A stretch of 64,000 bases of DNA, from positions 372,001-436,000 of the forward strand of contig JALMLS010000268.1 in assembly GCA_038496445.1 (NCBI GenBank), read 5' to 3'. Shown piece after piece: positions 62,377 to 64,000 of the stretch (the first letter of the stretch is position 1; each line of letters opens with the position of its first letter). This DNA is from Trichosphaerium sp. ATCC 40318. Taxonomy: Eukaryota; Protista; Tubulinea. The position numbers were made by a program, and so were the translations under genes. The notes under the pieces are model-generated. The model ran no database searches. It was not told the origin of the DNA and was given only the letters and a program-made list of their open reading frames with translations.

Positions 62377-64000
62377 TCACTTTTTGCAGCAAAAACTCCG
62401 TTTGTTTTGACTTTAAAGTAGTTCTCAGTTATCCTTTTTAATAACGCACTAATTAATTCTAGATACACCTGTCCAAGGTAGGGTGAAGCAATACAACTCT
62501 ATTGTATCTACCACAGTCAGACCTAAAATACCAATAAAAAGCTTGTTTATTTTTTATCACGTGATACTAGTAACATCTGGGCTGTCGTTGATACCTAGTT
62601 TCGTCCTTTTGTTTTCACCCGAAATTTTTTTTGCCATTTTTTTTTTTTTTTGTGACCTTAAATTGGGAGGTTGAAAAGAACTCCACGTAGCATTACTGCA
62701 AACGTGCTTTTTTGTTTTTGTTATTGATTTATTTTTACAATGGTTGTACAATTTCAACGTTGTTTTCAAACTGATCTCTGAGATCTTTTATGTAATCCAC
62801 AACAGTAACAAAGTCAGGCCGATCTACGCGTTATTAGCAAAAGCAGAAAGTTTGGTCAAAAAAAAAAAAAAAAGTAAAAAATCAACAAAGAATTTTTGGT
62901 ACATACCTTCCGCCTGATACTTCCAACACATACGCATAAGTATCACATATGGTTGTGGATAATGATCAGGTATGGTAGGTGTGAATCCATCATCCCTACA
63001 ACAAGGATTGTTACAAAGAAGGAAGACAACACAAGCTTTTTTCAAAATTTACAAGGTTATACTTACCTTATCATGGCCGCCAAATTCATCATATCAGTCT
63101 CATCTTTATGTGGTGTTCCTTGAGACAACATTTCGTATAATACTTGACCATAACTCCAAACCTAACAGGTCACAGTAAGGTCCAAATACAAAAGTTTCGC
63201 CAGTTAAAAAAAAATAGAAAAAAACAAGAAACAGAAAAGCTTAAACGCAGTTTTCAATTTGCAGATAACGTACATCACTCTTTGTTGAGTATTTTAATGA
63301 AAATGTCTCAGGAGCCATCCAAGCTACTGGACCAAACATTGTTTTGGTCTTACGAACAGCATTAGACTCAACAGAACGACTCATTCCAAAATCACAAATA
63401 ACTGGATTACATCCAGTTCTTAGTAGCACGTTACGTGCTGCAAGATCCCTAAAAATATGCATTAGGTACTGTAGTGCATGGCCTCTTTGGTTGAGTGTAA
63501 TTACCTGTGTACAATACCAGCAGTGTGAAGGTGAAGCATACCATTAGCAGTACCAAGAGAGATGTTATAAATCTCCGCTAGATTTAAAGGACGCTCTTGT
63601 AGGAGCGTTTCTAAACTACCTATAAAAAAAATTTAAGGTTTAGTATATTTGATTATACGATTACAAATCGAGACATCGAAGACCTCCGGAGTAGCGTTTT
63701 CCAAACTTCTAAAATAATAATAAAACGAAACACTTGCCTCTCTCAATGTACTCCATGACTAGTACTGGCATTGTATCTTGTATTGATATCCCGTATATTG
63801 TTAATACATTTGGATTAGGTTCCAGAGAGCTTAAAACAAGCGCAGTTAGGAGTAGAAGAGAGAAAAAGGTAGAAAGACGTACAGAAAAGTTTCTACTTCA
63901 CGCAAAAACTGAAAAATCTCGCTCTGTTCGATTGATTTCTGCACGTGCCGTCAGGGGAGTTCGTTTATTACCAATTGATAAATTAGAAAAGTGACGTACT
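62377..64000 (-). CDS. Tyrosine-kinase-like kinase (HRDLAARN); 5' end outside window
   Basis: FLREVETF, PVLVMEYIERGSL, HRDLAARNVLL, CDFGMSR, GPVAWMAPE, YSTKSDVW and MRMCW..DRPDF. Confidence 0.92.

Noticed and set aside
1-64000. Alternative genetic code or mass pseudogenisation to explain fragmented ORFs
   Set aside because: In the genes I assembled, stops fall inside GT/GC-AG introns and spliced exons translate with the standard code.

Overview
Eukaryotic, gene-dense, AT-rich nuclear DNA with many short spliceosomal introns (mostly about 40-80 nt, donors GTACG/GTATG/GTAAG, CTAAC/CTGAC-like branch points). The supplied ORF track therefore shows exon fragments, and I spliced the genes by eye. 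The gene content (NAP1/NCKAP1 of SCAR/WAVE, CLU-domain protein, HRDLAARN kinase, filamin repeats, W/F-rich 70-aa repeat protein) suggests an amoeboid protist, probably Amoebozoa (inference). About 27 genes are supported. Highlights: (1) the palindrome CACGTG occurs at least 69 times against about 7-8 expected, and six GC-AG introns all start GCACG (five GCACGTG); (2) an RGG + dsRBD + DZF (NF90/NF45-fold) protein whose two introns at the dsRBD are long and hairpin-forming; (3) a Rab1/8-like GTPase with N-terminal MGGC and no C-terminal cysteine; (4) a six-LD-motif + filamin-repeat protein; (5) a secreted mucin with an animal-type CysD (WxxW) domain; (6) six F-box/BC-box adaptors with unusual partner domains; (7) bacterial-type and giant-virus-type genes, some intronless. 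No rRNA, tRNA, CRISPR or recognisable transposon was seen. Gene ends and exon boundaries are manual predictions, and family assignments come from remembered motifs, not database searches.
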